In this document: positions 32,102 to 42,026 of the stretch, piece by piece
Layout of the letters: every line of letters starts with the position of its first letter
Position numbering within the stretch: the stretch's first letter is position 1
Assembly (NCBI GenBank): GCA_947627105.1
Contig: CANQUT010000006.1
Span: 1-51,932 of the forward strand
Direction: 5' to 3'
DNA length: 51,932 bases
DNA from: an uncultured Clostridia bacterium
GTDB lineage: Bacteria; Bacillota; Clostridia; TANB77; CAG-508
Notes under the pieces: generated by a model
Databases searched by the model: none
The model's input: the letters and a program-made list of their open reading frames with translations, nothing else
What the model was told of the DNA's origin: nothing
Made by a program: the position numbers and the translations under genes

Positions 32102-32938
32102 ATGTCTAAATCTGGCATAGTAAACGTGAGAATGGTTATCACGGAAGAAAAAATTTTATCAAATATTGATAAAGTACAAAAATTAATTAATCCAAATAGT
32201 AAAAAGCAGATTATTCAATTAGAAGAAGATGCTTATTTTAAGGACTTAATAGAATCAATTAAAACATATTTAATTGAATATCCAAAAAAGAAAAATTTTC
32301 CAAAGAGTGTATATAAAGCAGCATATGCATTAGTTGAGTATGCAACAAATCAATTTGAAGAGAATACAAAGAAAATAGAAGAACTAATTCGCCAAAGAGA
32401 AAAAAATATTGCACTAGCAGCAGAATTAAGAGATACATTAGATGTAGTTCAAAACAAAGAAGAAAACTGGAAACAAGTTGTTAAAGATGTTTCAGGAGAA
32501 TTTCCAGAAGATATTATAGATACATTAGGCTTAATAGGAAGAACAAAATCAGATAAATCTCAAAATTATCAAGATGCTGTTAAATTAATTAATGCTAGAA
32601 TTGCAAATTTAGAATCTAACTTACATATTGAAATAGATATGGAAAGAATAGAAGATAGATCAAAAGCATTAAGTTACATAGGAATTGAAGTAGCAGATGC
32701 ATTAAAATTAATTCCAGCTCCACAAGAAGATGAAGAAGAACAATCTGTTCAAACAGAAGAAATAGCAACAGAAGATAAAAAATATTTTGAACAAACAAGA
32801 GTAGAAGTAAAACCATCATTATGGCAAAGAATTAAAAATACAAAAATAGTTAGAGCAATTGTTTATGCTTTCAAAATAAAAGTAGTTTTACAAGTGCCAG
32901 CACTTCCAGAAGGTAGAGGAGAGCAAGGACAAAACTAA
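32102..32938 (+). CDS. Hypothetical helical protein
   Basis: Strong AAAGGAGG RBS, host-like composition, terminator downstream. Confidence 0.75.
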   Translation: MSKSGIVNVRMVITEEKILSNIDKVQKLINPNSKKQIIQLEEDAYFKDLIESIKTYLIEYPKKKNFPKSVYKAAYALVEYATNQFEENTKKIEELIRQREKNIALAAELRDTLDVVQNKEENWKQVVKDVSGEFPEDIIDTLGLIGRTKSDKSQNYQDAVKLINARIANLESNLHIEIDMERIEDRSKALSYIGIEVADALKLIPAPQEDEEEQSVQTEEIATEDKKYFEQTRVEVKPSLWQRIKNTKIVRAIVYAFKIKVVLQVPALPEGRGEQGQN

Positions 32939-32957
32939 GATTATTTAATTAAAGTTA

Positions 32958-32998
32958 AACCGTCGCTTGAATAAATTTTTTAAGTGACGGTTATTTTA
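32958..32998 (+). terminator. Rho-independent terminator
   Basis: AACCGTCGCTT..AAGTGACGGTT followed by ATTTT. Confidence 0.7.
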
Positions 32999-33099
32999 TG
33001 CATAAATGCTAATAATTTATAACATATATATTAAAAAAATTAAGTACAAGTATTGACTTTTTCTATAAAATGTTTTATACTTAAAGTCGCATTGCAAAT

Positions 33100-33176
33100 G
33101 CGCCATTAGCTCAGTTGGTCAGAGCAACCGGCTCATAACCGGTGGGTCCAAGGTTCGAATCCTTGATGGCGCACCA
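33100..33176 (+). tRNA. tRNA with CAT anticodon, most likely tRNA-Ile2 (lysidine)
   Basis: ACCGG-CTCATAA-CCGGT arm; TAGCTCAGTTGG D-arm typical of Firmicutes Ile2; encoded CCA. Confidence 0.88.
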
Positions 33177-33235
33177 TAAATACTTAAGTAAAATAATTAT
33201 ATTTTACTTAAGTATTTAATAATAATTTAATATAT

Positions 33236-33568
33236 GGGTAGGTGGCCGAGTGGCTAAAGGCGGCAGACTGTACGCTTTGATTTTAAAATCAAAAAATCAG
33301 AAATTGCAGCCCATATGAGTAATCATATGGTGAATAACTAGGCTAATTCGGGGAAGTCTTAACAGTATTTAAAAGCTGATGATAATCCCGAGCTAAAAAT
33401 TTTAAAGAACTTAAAATTTTGAGTGTAGAGACTTTATACCTAGTATCTTATTATATAAGATAAAGAGCAAGTCCAGACTACAAACATTTAAAATGGTAGT
33501 GAAAACTATAGTAGTAAGAAATCTGTTCTCATTCGAGTACGATGGTTCGAATCCATCCCTGCCCACCA
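33236..33568 (+). tRNA. tRNA-Tyr(GTA), intron-containing (exons 33236-33271 and 33519-33568)
   Basis: Joined exons give an 86-nt tRNA with GCAGA-CTGTAAA-TCTGT arm, long variable arm, GGTTCGAATCC and CCA. Confidence 0.93.
33272..33518 (+). ncRNA. Group I intron (247 nt, no ORF) in the tRNA-Tyr anticodon
   Basis: 5' exon ends in U and intron ends in G; IGS GCAG pairs with exon CUGU; P AATTCGGGGAA, Q AATCCCGAGC, R GTAGAGACT, S AAGAGCAAGTCC; P3 ACTAGG/CCTAGT; P2 CCATATGA-GTAA-TCATATGG. Confidence 0.9.
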
Positions 33569-33718
33569 AAAGTAAGCAGTAATGCTTGCTTTTAAAATAC
33601 TAAAAATACAACTATATTATTTGCAATATTATGTAAAATATGGTATAATTAAATTGCAATTTAATTTGCAATAAATAATGGCTAGTATTACTGGCCAAAA
33701 AGGAGTTGAAAAAAACAT

Positions 33719-34096
33719 ATGGTGAAGCACTACATGGAAGTTCGGTATGAGAACGAAGTCGGCAAATCCTACTTCTACGAAAAGGAAGTAGAGGTTTGCG
33801 GAATTCATGACAATCCCATTCCGGATGGCTGCAGCGGCGTGAGATTCTTCGATTGCGACGTCATAGTCATTAATGGCCATGATCTGAGGAGCGCCAGATT
33901 CAACGAGACTGGCTGGACCTACATTGGCGAAAAAATGACCATCGACGACGCGAAAGAGAACAAAAAAATCTCACTTGAGCAGTACATAAAGTTTTCATCT
34001 TCTGGCCATCACACTGTTGTGATTACCGAGAAAGGAAAGGCTATTCCTTTGTGGGCGGTCGACAATGTGGTTGAAAGAAGATACACCGCTGCTTAA
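33719..34096 (+). CDS. Orphan hypothetical protein, higher GC
   Basis: AAGGAG RBS, TG-TATAAT promoter, terminator downstream. Confidence 0.7.
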   Translation: MVKHYMEVRYENEVGKSYFYEKEVEVCGIHDNPIPDGCSGVRFFDCDVIVINGHDLRSARFNETGWTYIGEKMTIDDAKENKKISLEQYIKFSSSGHHTVVITEKGKAIPLWAVDNVVERRYTAA

Positions 34097-34102
34097 CTCC
34101 AA

Positions 34103-34145
34103 AAAACAAATCCCAAGATACAAATTGTGTCTTGGGATTTGTTTT
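34103..34145. terminator. Bidirectional terminator
   Basis: AAAACAAATCCCAAGATAC..GTGTCTTGGGATTTGTTTT. Confidence 0.88.
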
Positions 34146-34214
34146 ATTATAACTAATAACACTAAAATTATTTGCCATACTTCAAAAGTTTTATAATTGG
34201 AATATTTTAAAAAA

Positions 34215-34931
34215 TTATTTAAAACTTTTTGGTTGCTGTTTTATAAGTTCATCTGCCTGTTCTTGTGATAAATAGCCATTTTCAACCATTGTTGAGATAA
34301 CCTTTTTTTGCCTATTTAAAGTTAAATCAAAATTAGCAGTAGGAGCGTAAACACTAGGTGCATTTGGAATACCTGCCATCATTGTTGCCTCATGTAGTGT
34401 CATATCACTAGGAGACTTTTCTAAGTAACCCTCGCAGGCTTCTTTAATTCCATAATATCCATCTCCAAAATAAATAGTGTTAACATAGAATTCTAAAATA
34501 TCATCTTTTTCATATGCTTTTTCTAGATCATAAGCCATAAATACTTCTGCAATTTTTCTATATGCTACATTACTATCAGTAGCAATAAAATATAAATTTT
34601 TAGCAACCTGTTGTGTAATTGTGCTTCCGCCTTCTAAAAAATCAGCATGTACTATATTAGTTAAAACAGCTCGCATAATTGCTATTATATCAATAGGGCC
34701 ATGTTCATAAAAACGTCTATCTTCTACTGAAACAACAGCATTTTTATAGTTATTTGGCAGATCTTTTATTTGTACATAACTATCATCTGATTTTATACTT
34801 TCAATTTTATCTTCTAAACTCATAGTTTTTAAAGCATCTTTATATAAACTATAGCCTTTATAAACAACAAATCCACTTGCAATTATTACAATAACTAAAA
34901 GTACTAATAAAATTTTTTTAATTAGTTTCAT
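34215..34931 (-). CDS. Monofunctional peptidoglycan transglycosylase (GT51)
   Basis: EDRRFYEH, GGSTITQQVAKN, RKIAE, KDDILEFYVNTIYFG. Confidence 0.93.
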   Translation of the reverse strand: MKLIKKILLVLLVIVIIASGFVVYKGYSLYKDALKTMSLEDKIESIKSDDSYVQIKDLPNNYKNAVVSVEDRRFYEHGPIDIIAIMRAVLTNIVHADFLEGGSTITQQVAKNLYFIATDSNVAYRKIAEVFMAYDLEKAYEKDDILEFYVNTIYFGDGYYGIKEACEGYLEKSPSDMTLHEATMMAGIPNAPSVYAPTANFDLTLNRQKKVISTMVENGYLSQEQADELIKQQPKSFK

Positions 34932-35101
34932 AAATTTTTTCCTCTCTTATTATTATTTTTTATGTTTAAATTTATTATACATTTTTTTTATTATAAAAGC
35001 TATTAAAATTTTATTAATTTTAACAAAAATAATCTTAATAATTCTTGACATATTAAGCAAGTTATTTGTATAATTTTTGAAGAAATAGTTTACTAGTTAA
35101 T

Positions 35102-35258
35102 AGTTGTAAGCACATTGAAGCTTAAATAGTACTATTTTTCGCAGTTTTGAGAGGTCCCGTTCTGAGTTACTTCTTTGAACTGCCAACTGCAACGGGCAAT
35201 TTGAAAAACAAGAAAACTAGTACTATTTAAGCGGGTTAACTATAAAACCATTAATTAG
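35102..35258 (-). repeat. Repeat family A, filled copy 3 (inverted)
   Basis: Palindromes at 35125-35136 and 35216-35227 (one mismatch); reverse complement matches copy 2. Confidence 0.9.
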
Positions 35259-35292
35259 TCATAAAATAATAATTAATTTTAGGTGAGTCAAA

Positions 35293-36561
35293 TTGGAAGT
35301 TACAAAAGAGGAAAAAAATATACGTTTATATCCCATTTATAAAATGTTATCATGGGATTTATTATTCTATTATTCAATTAATTTTCTTTTTTTAACACAA
35401 GTAAAAAATATTAGCCCAGCTAATGTTTTACTAGCGGAAGCTTTATATCCAATTTTTAAGTCTATACTTTTAGTGCCACTTACAGCTCTAATTACAAAAA
35501 TAGGAAAGAGAAAAAGTATAATTATAGCAAATTTAATAAATGCTTTTTCAATTTTAAGTTATATAGTTGCTCAAAATTTTGCTTATGTTGTAATAGGTCA
35601 ATTTTTGTCTGCAATTGCTTTTGATATAAAAGGATTAGCAGAAACTAATTTATTATATGATAGTCTTCCAAAAGATGAAAAAAGAGGAAGTCAATTTTCT
35701 AAAATAGATGGAAGAGGAACTTCATGGTATTATTATGCAGATGCTATAACTACGCTTGCTTCCGGCTTTTTATTTGTAATAAATGGTTATATACCATTTA
35801 TATTATGTTTTATTTCTTGCATAATTTCTACATTTTTGTCTTTTAAATTTAATGATATTAAAAAAGAAGATGTACAAGAAAATATTAATTATAAAACATA
35901 TATAAAAGATTTAAAACACTCATTTAAATATATGTTACAATCTAACAGATTAAGATATTTAATAATTTTAGGAGGAATTTTCTGGGGCTTTTTATCTACA
36001 TTAATTAGCTTAAGAAGTGGCTTATTAAAACAAATAGGGTTATCAGAAGAATATTTTGGAATTATATTTGCAGCTTTTGGAATTATATCTGGAATTACAG
36101 CTAAAAATCAAAATAGAATACACAATTTATATAGAAACAAAACACTTACATATTTAACTGTTCCAGCATCAATTTCCTGCATTTTAATAGGATTTTTTGT
36201 AATGGGAAACTTTCCTTTTAAAGTAACTTTAGTATTTATTTTAGCAATGTTTTTAATACAGTTTATAGCAAAAGGCCCTTTCTTTACACTAATTAGAAGA
36301 TATTTAAATAACTTTACAACATCTTCTTTAAGAAATAAAATTATATCATCATATAATTTAATAGAAAGCATAATGAGAGCAATAATATCGCTTTTAGCAT
36401 CATTTTTACTAAGAATTACAAATGCTTCTAATACAATACTTGTAATAGGATGTATAGTAACAATTGCTGTTGTATTATTACTTGATAAAATGCGTGGAAA
36501 AGTAGGCTTAAAGCCAGAAGAATATGCTAAAAAAGAAATTGAATTTTTAGAAATAAAATAA
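35293..36561 (+). CDS. MFS transporter
   Basis: About 12 hydrophobic segments; KIGKRK motif-A-like loop. Confidence 0.85.
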   Translation: MEVTKEEKNIRLYPIYKMLSWDLLFYYSINFLFLTQVKNISPANVLLAEALYPIFKSILLVPLTALITKIGKRKSIIIANLINAFSILSYIVAQNFAYVVIGQFLSAIAFDIKGLAETNLLYDSLPKDEKRGSQFSKIDGRGTSWYYYADAITTLASGFLFVINGYIPFILCFISCIISTFLSFKFNDIKKEDVQENINYKTYIKDLKHSFKYMLQSNRLRYLIILGGIFWGFLSTLISLRSGLLKQIGLSEEYFGIIFAAFGIISGITAKNQNRIHNLYRNKTLTYLTVPASISCILIGFFVMGNFPFKVTLVFILAMFLIQFIAKGPFFTLIRRYLNNFTTSSLRNKIISSYNLIESIMRAIISLLASFLLRITNASNTILVIGCIVTIAVVLLLDKMRGKVGLKPEEYAKKEIEFLEIK

Positions 36562-36618
36562 TTCAAAAATTAATTGACAAATTAATTAAGTTAATAGATA
36601 ATAAAGTTGATAATTCAA

Positions 36619-36743
36619 TTCACAGTTAATTATAAATTTTAGAGTAGCCACTAGCTTCACGATATATGTTTTTTCGTGCTTTAGCCCAAGAAAAAACATA
36701 TATCGTACGTTGGGCGCGTGGCGGATAAGTTTAAGTCTGTGAA
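36619..36743 (+). repeat. Repeat family B, copy 3
   Basis: Same conserved blocks with covarying stem ACGAT/ATCGT. Confidence 0.88.
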
Positions 36744-36800
36744 TATTAACAGCTAATAAAGCAAAAGATTATAATAAAATTACCAAGGAGGAAAAATACC

Positions 36801-39365
36801 ATGTATGTATTTAACCATATTACAGTAAATCCACAATTACCAAAAAGAATAGAAAAGCTATCTGAAATTAGCTATAACTTATGGTGGTCATGGAATACAG
36901 AATTTTTAAGACTATTTAAGAAAATAGATATTGATTTATGGGAAAGAATAGATAAAAATCCAGTTAAGTTTTTAAGATTAGTAACTCAAGAAAAAATAGA
37001 ACAGGCTGCACAAGATATGGATTTTTTAAAGGCTTATGATAAAGTTGTAGAAAATTATGAAGACTATATGAAAAGCAAAAATACATGGTTTGCAAAAAAA
37101 TATCCAGAAAATCGTACAGACTTAATTGCATATTTTTCGGCAGAATATGGCTTAGATCAAACTTTGCCAATATATTCTGGAGGCCTTGGAATTTTATCAG
37201 GGGATCACTTAAAATCTGCAAGTGATTTAGGTGTTCCTTTAGTTGCAGTAGGCTTGCTTTATAAAGATGGCTATTTTAACCAAAAAATTAATGGTAGTGG
37301 AATTCAACAAACAGAATATTATGATATAGATGTAGATAATTTGCCACTAAAAAAAGTAAAAGATATAGATGATAAAGATATTATTGTAGGAATTCAATTT
37401 CCTAAGAAAAAGCTATATTTAAAAGCATGGAAAATTAGTGTAGGAAGGGTAGACTTATATTTATTAGATTCAGATATTGAAGAAAATTTACCAGAATACC
37501 GTGATATTACTAAAACACTTTATGGTGGAGACCAAGAAATGAGAATTAGGCAAGAAATTGCACTTGGTCAAGGCGGTGTTGCGTTATTAAAAGCTTTAGG
37601 ACTAAATCCAACAGTTTACCATATGAACGAAGGACATTCATCTTTCTTAATATTAGAATTAATATATACCTTAATGAAAGAAAAGAAAATATCATATAAT
37701 TTAGCAAGAGATATAGTTTCTTCTAAAACTGTATTTACTACACATACGCCAGTTCCAGCAGGAAATGATATTTTCCCACTTAGTTTAGTAGAAAAGTATT
37801 TTAAAGATTTTTGGGACAAACTAGGAATTTCAAAACAAGACTTTTTTGCAATGGGAATGAAGCCTAATGCAACATTAGATAGTGGATTTAACATGGGAAT
37901 TTTAGCATTAAAAGTTGCAGGTAAGAAAAACGGGGTTAGCAAGCTTCATGGAGCTGTTTCAAGAGAATTATTTGGAGAAGTATGGCCAGAAATTGCAGCA
38001 AATGAATCTCCTATTACTTATGTAACAAATGGAATTCATACTTGTTCATGGATTGCACCAACACTTAAAAAGTTATATAATAAATATTTAATTCCATATT
38101 GGCAAGATAGAATTTATGATGATGAAGTATGGAAAAAAATTGCAGACATTCCAAATGATGAATTATGGAAGGCTCACCAAGAGCGCAAAGAAAAAATGTT
38201 ATCTGTTGTAAGCCAAAATACAATAGAGCGTTTAAGAAGAAATGGTTACCCATATAATGAAATTATGCAAATAGTGTCTAAATTAAATCCTAATGCATTA
38301 ACAATAGGATTTTCTAGAAGATTTGCTACTTACAAAAGGGCAACATTAATATTTAAAGATTTAGAAAGAATTACACAAATATTAAACAATCAAAATCGTA
38401 AAGTACAAATTATATTTGCAGGAAAAGCACATCCAGCAGATAAAGAAGGCCAAGATTTAATTAAATACATACATGAAATATCAATGAAACCACAATTTAA
38501 AGGAAAAGTATTTTTACTTGAGAACTATAATATTGCAATGTCAAGATATTTAATTAGTGGTGTAGATATTTGGCTAAATAACCCAAGAAGACCAATGGAA
38601 GCCTCTGGAACTAGTGGGCAAAAGGCGTCTGTTAATGGTGTTATTAACTTTAGTGTATTAGATGGTTGGTGGGCAGAAGGCTACAACAGCAAAAATGGTT
38701 GGACAATAGGAACTAATGCTGAATATTCAGATTATGAGGCTCAAGATATTGCAGATAGTCAAAGTATTTATAATACATTAGAAAACAAAATTATTCCAAT
38801 GTATTATGATAAATGTGAGCAAGGCTATTCTGAAAGATGGCTTGAATATATGAAAGAATCTATTATTTCAACAGGTGGTAAATTTAGTACATCTAGAATG
38901 CTTACAGACTATGTAGATAAATTATATATTCCATTATGTAATTTATATAATACTTATTATACAGATTTAGAAAAAGTTGGCCAGTTTAATAGCTGGAAGG
39001 AAAATTTATATAATAATTGGAATAAAATAGAAATTTCACAAGAAAATAATTTAGATAATATTACAATAGATGCAGGAAACAATATAGAAGTAAAATGCAA
39101 AGTAAAACTTCCAAATATTGAAGAAAAGCATATTGAAGCACAAGTATATTATGGAAAAATAGACAAAAATGGTGTTGTAGATGATATTACTATTATACCA
39201 ATGGAATTAGAAGGAACAGATGAAGAAAATAGAACATATACTTATAAAGCAAAAGTTAATTTAGTAAATGGAGGAAATTATGGCTATACTTTTAGAGTAA
39301 TGCCAAAACATGAAATGATAATTGACTCTGAAAACTTAAATTTAGTAAAATGGATTACAAAATAA
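36801..39365 (+). CDS. glgP: Alpha-glucan (glycogen) phosphorylase
   Basis: YSGGLG, MNEGH, RRFATYKR, EASGTSGQK PLP motif. Confidence 0.96.
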   Translation: MYVFNHITVNPQLPKRIEKLSEISYNLWWSWNTEFLRLFKKIDIDLWERIDKNPVKFLRLVTQEKIEQAAQDMDFLKAYDKVVENYEDYMKSKNTWFAKKYPENRTDLIAYFSAEYGLDQTLPIYSGGLGILSGDHLKSASDLGVPLVAVGLLYKDGYFNQKINGSGIQQTEYYDIDVDNLPLKKVKDIDDKDIIVGIQFPKKKLYLKAWKISVGRVDLYLLDSDIEENLPEYRDITKTLYGGDQEMRIRQEIALGQGGVALLKALGLNPTVYHMNEGHSSFLILELIYTLMKEKKISYNLARDIVSSKTVFTTHTPVPAGNDIFPLSLVEKYFKDFWDKLGISKQDFFAMGMKPNATLDSGFNMGILALKVAGKKNGVSKLHGAVSRELFGEVWPEIAANESPITYVTNGIHTCSWIAPTLKKLYNKYLIPYWQDRIYDDEVWKKIADIPNDELWKAHQERKEKMLSVVSQNTIERLRRNGYPYNEIMQIVSKLNPNALTIGFSRRFATYKRATLIFKDLERITQILNNQNRKVQIIFAGKAHPADKEGQDLIKYIHEISMKPQFKGKVFLLENYNIAMSRYLISGVDIWLNNPRRPMEASGTSGQKASVNGVINFSVLDGWWAEGYNSKNGWTIGTNAEYSDYEAQDIADSQSIYNTLENKIIPMYYDKCEQGYSERWLEYMKESIISTGGKFSTSRMLTDYVDKLYIPLCNLYNTYYTDLEKVGQFNSWKENLYNNWNKIEISQENNLDNITIDAGNNIEVKCKVKLPNIEEKHIEAQVYYGKIDKNGVVDDITIIPMELEGTDEENRTYTYKAKVNLVNGGNYGYTFRVMPKHEMIIDSENLNLVKWITK

Positions 39366-39430
39366 TTAAACAGGGCGGAAAGCATCCGCCCTTACTTAAG
39401 TTTAAAAGCTAGAAAGGATGGTTTTTAAAA

Positions 39431-40864
39431 ATGAAAAAAACAAAAATAATTTGTACATTAGGCCCAGCAGTAGATGATCAAAAGGTTTTAGAAAGATTAA
39501 TTTTAGCAGGAATGGATGTTGCTAGAATAAATTTTTCACATGGAAATTATCAAGATCAAGAAAGCAGAATTGAAACCTTAAAAAGAGCAAGAGAAACAGT
39601 AGGAAAATCTGTAGCGTTATTATTAGATACTAAAGGTCCTGAAATTAGAATTGGAAAATTTGAAAATGATGGAATAGACTTAAACCCAGGAGACATTTTT
39701 ACTTTAGTAAATGAAGATATTTTAGGAAACAAAGAAAAAGTATCTATTACTTATAAAAACTTATGCAATGAAGTAAACATTGGAACTAATATTTTAATTA
39801 ATGATGGTATTATTAAAATAGAAGTAATAGAAATTAAAGGAACAGATATTGTGTGCAGGGTTATTGATGGTGGACACCTAACAAATACAAAAAGTATTAA
39901 TATACCAGGAATGGCAATTAATTTACCAAGTCCAACAGAAAAAGATGTAGAAGATATTATGTTTGGTATTAAAGCAGGCTTTGACTACATTGCAGCATCT
40001 TTTGTACGTAGTAAGCAAGATGTTTTAAACATTAGAAAAGTGCTAGAAAAAAATGGTGGAGAACATATTAAAATAATATCTAAAATTGAAAATAGACAGG
40101 GTATAGATAATTTTGATAGTATTTTAGAAGTATCAGATGGAATTATGGTAGCAAGAGGAGATTTGGGCGTAGAAATTCCTATGGAGGAAGTTCCAATATA
40201 TCAAAAACAATTTATTAGTAAATGTAATAAAGCAGGAAAGCCAGTTGTAATAGCAACACAAATGCTAGAATCTATGATTCATAATCCAAGACCAACAAGA
40301 GCAGAAGTAAGTGATGTTGCAAACGCTGTATATGATATGGCAAGCTGTATAATGCTTTCAGGCGAGTCTGCAATGGGAGAATACCCAGTAGAATGTGTAG
40401 AAACAATGGTTAGAATTAGCAAAGCTATAGAAGGTTCTATTAAATATTGGAAAAGATTTAAAACAAAAGAACATAACTGCGAAAACACAGACTATGAATA
40501 TAACTTAAATTATTCAACTTGTTTAACAGCAATGGACTTGTGTGCAAAAGCAATATTTTGCTACACAGATACAGGTAGAACTGCAAAAATGATAGCAGGC
40601 TTCATGCCGGAATGTCCAATTTATGTAATAACTGCAAATAAAGAAGTTGAAAAACAATTATCTTTAGTATGGAACACATACACGATTTTAGTAGAGCAAA
40701 AAGAGAGCATAGATGACATGATAGATAATGGAATAAAACTTGCTAAAGAAAGAAGCTACATTAATGATGGAGATATTGTTGTAATTGCAGGAGGAGCCTC
40801 AATTTTAGCAGGGCATAAGCACGCAAAACTAAACAAAACTATCGGCGGAGTGCTAAAGGTGTAA
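39431..40864 (+). CDS. pyk: Pyruvate kinase
   Basis: TKIICTLGP, DTKGPEIR, MVARGDLG, ATQMLESM..PTRAE. Confidence 0.98.
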   Translation: MKKTKIICTLGPAVDDQKVLERLILAGMDVARINFSHGNYQDQESRIETLKRARETVGKSVALLLDTKGPEIRIGKFENDGIDLNPGDIFTLVNEDILGNKEKVSITYKNLCNEVNIGTNILINDGIIKIEVIEIKGTDIVCRVIDGGHLTNTKSINIPGMAINLPSPTEKDVEDIMFGIKAGFDYIAASFVRSKQDVLNIRKVLEKNGGEHIKIISKIENRQGIDNFDSILEVSDGIMVARGDLGVEIPMEEVPIYQKQFISKCNKAGKPVVIATQMLESMIHNPRPTRAEVSDVANAVYDMASCIMLSGESAMGEYPVECVETMVRISKAIEGSIKYWKRFKTKEHNCENTDYEYNLNYSTCLTAMDLCAKAIFCYTDTGRTAKMIAGFMPECPIYVITANKEVEKQLSLVWNTYTILVEQKESIDDMIDNGIKLAKERSYINDGDIVVIAGGASILAGHKHAKLNKTIGGVLKV

Positions 40865-40866
40865 AA

Positions 40867-40920
40867 GGGGACAGTCCCTTTTTCCTCTTTTGAGTAAAAA
40901 GGGACAGGTCAGCTATAAAA
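40867..40920 (+). repeat. Family D REP-like copy plus 17-bp direct repeat (left)
   Basis: GGGGACAGTCCCTTTTT..AAAAAGGGACAG; ACAGGTCAGCTATAAAA at 40904-40920. Confidence 0.75.
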
Positions 40921-40948
40921 TGTTCAAAAATAGGAGCTATTTTAATAA

Positions 40949-42022
40949 ATGAAAGAAGAAAAACAAAGCAAATATAAATTAAGTAGAGTATTAATTTTTG
41001 TAATATTATTTATATTAATATTATTTTTAATAGTAAATGGAATATTATATGCAATGGGAAAGGCTAATATATACTCATATATATTAGAAAAGATTGGAAT
41101 AAGTAAAGAATATGAAGAATCAAAAACAGATTCCAAACAAGTAGTAGAAAAAAATGGAGTTAAAGTTACATTAATGAATATGGCATATGATACTAACTTT
41201 TTAATAATGGGTTATATGTTTGAGACAGAAGATTTATGCCAAAAGTCGTATGATTTAGGTTACTATCAAATTGACCAAGATGTTCAAGACAAAAATAAGG
41301 TAATTGTAGACATGCTACAAACTAATGCAACAATAGAATTTCAAGCTAAAATATCTGATGGACAAAATGAAACATATATAGGAAACTATACAGATTCAAA
41401 TAGTGGTTTTAAATTAGAAAGTGGTGACATTTATTATTTAGATAAAATTCAAACTTTTGCAAAGGTAATTTCAAAAAACGAACTTTTATTATATGTTGTA
41501 GCAGATATTTCAAAATATAGATTTAATGACACAGCAAATATAGAAATAATTATAAACAAATTAGGTTTGAATATGATTGAAGCAACGCCACCAATATTTG
41601 AAGGAGAATGGAATTTCACAGTAAATAACTTAAATAAAGGAATAGCAGAAATAAAAAATTATTTAAGTGTAGAATTTGGAATTAGCCAAGATGATTTTCT
41701 AGAAATAGAAACAGATAGAGAAAAAACACAAGAAATTGCGAATAAATTTGTAGAAGCTTTAAATGCAAAAGATATAAAAACAATGGAAGAATATAGTAAT
41801 TCAGATGTTGTTTCTAAGGTACAAAAATATAATATGTCAAATATGGAATCTCCAAAATTTTCACACTATATAGAAGAAAGCAATTCATATTATTATTTTG
41901 CACCATATGAGTTTGAATATAATGGAATAACAGATCCTCAAGAAATAAGTTTAGCTTTTTTCCTTGTTTTGGAACAAAGAAATGGTAAATTCTTAGTAAC
42001 CTCAGTTGGAGCAACAGGGTAA
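40949..42022 (+). CDS. Membrane-anchored extracellular protein (DUF4179-like)
   Basis: N-terminal TM; QVVEKNGVKVTLMNMAYD..EGEWNFTV. Confidence 0.55.
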   Translation: MKEEKQSKYKLSRVLIFVILFILILFLIVNGILYAMGKANIYSYILEKIGISKEYEESKTDSKQVVEKNGVKVTLMNMAYDTNFLIMGYMFETEDLCQKSYDLGYYQIDQDVQDKNKVIVDMLQTNATIEFQAKISDGQNETYIGNYTDSNSGFKLESGDIYYLDKIQTFAKVISKNELLLYVVADISKYRFNDTANIEIIINKLGLNMIEATPPIFEGEWNFTVNNLNKGIAEIKNYLSVEFGISQDDFLEIETDREKTQEIANKFVEALNAKDIKTMEEYSNSDVVSKVQKYNMSNMESPKFSHYIEESNSYYYFAPYEFEYNGITDPQEISLAFFLVLEQRNGKFLVTSVGATG

Positions 42023-42026
42023 CTTT

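Noticed and set aside
33100-33176. Initiator tRNA-fMet or a frameshift-suppressor tRNA
   Set aside because: Paired 1-72 and no GGG/CCC anticodon stem; all three tRNAs in the window have normal 7-nt anticodon loops, so no quadruplet-decoding tRNA is visible here.
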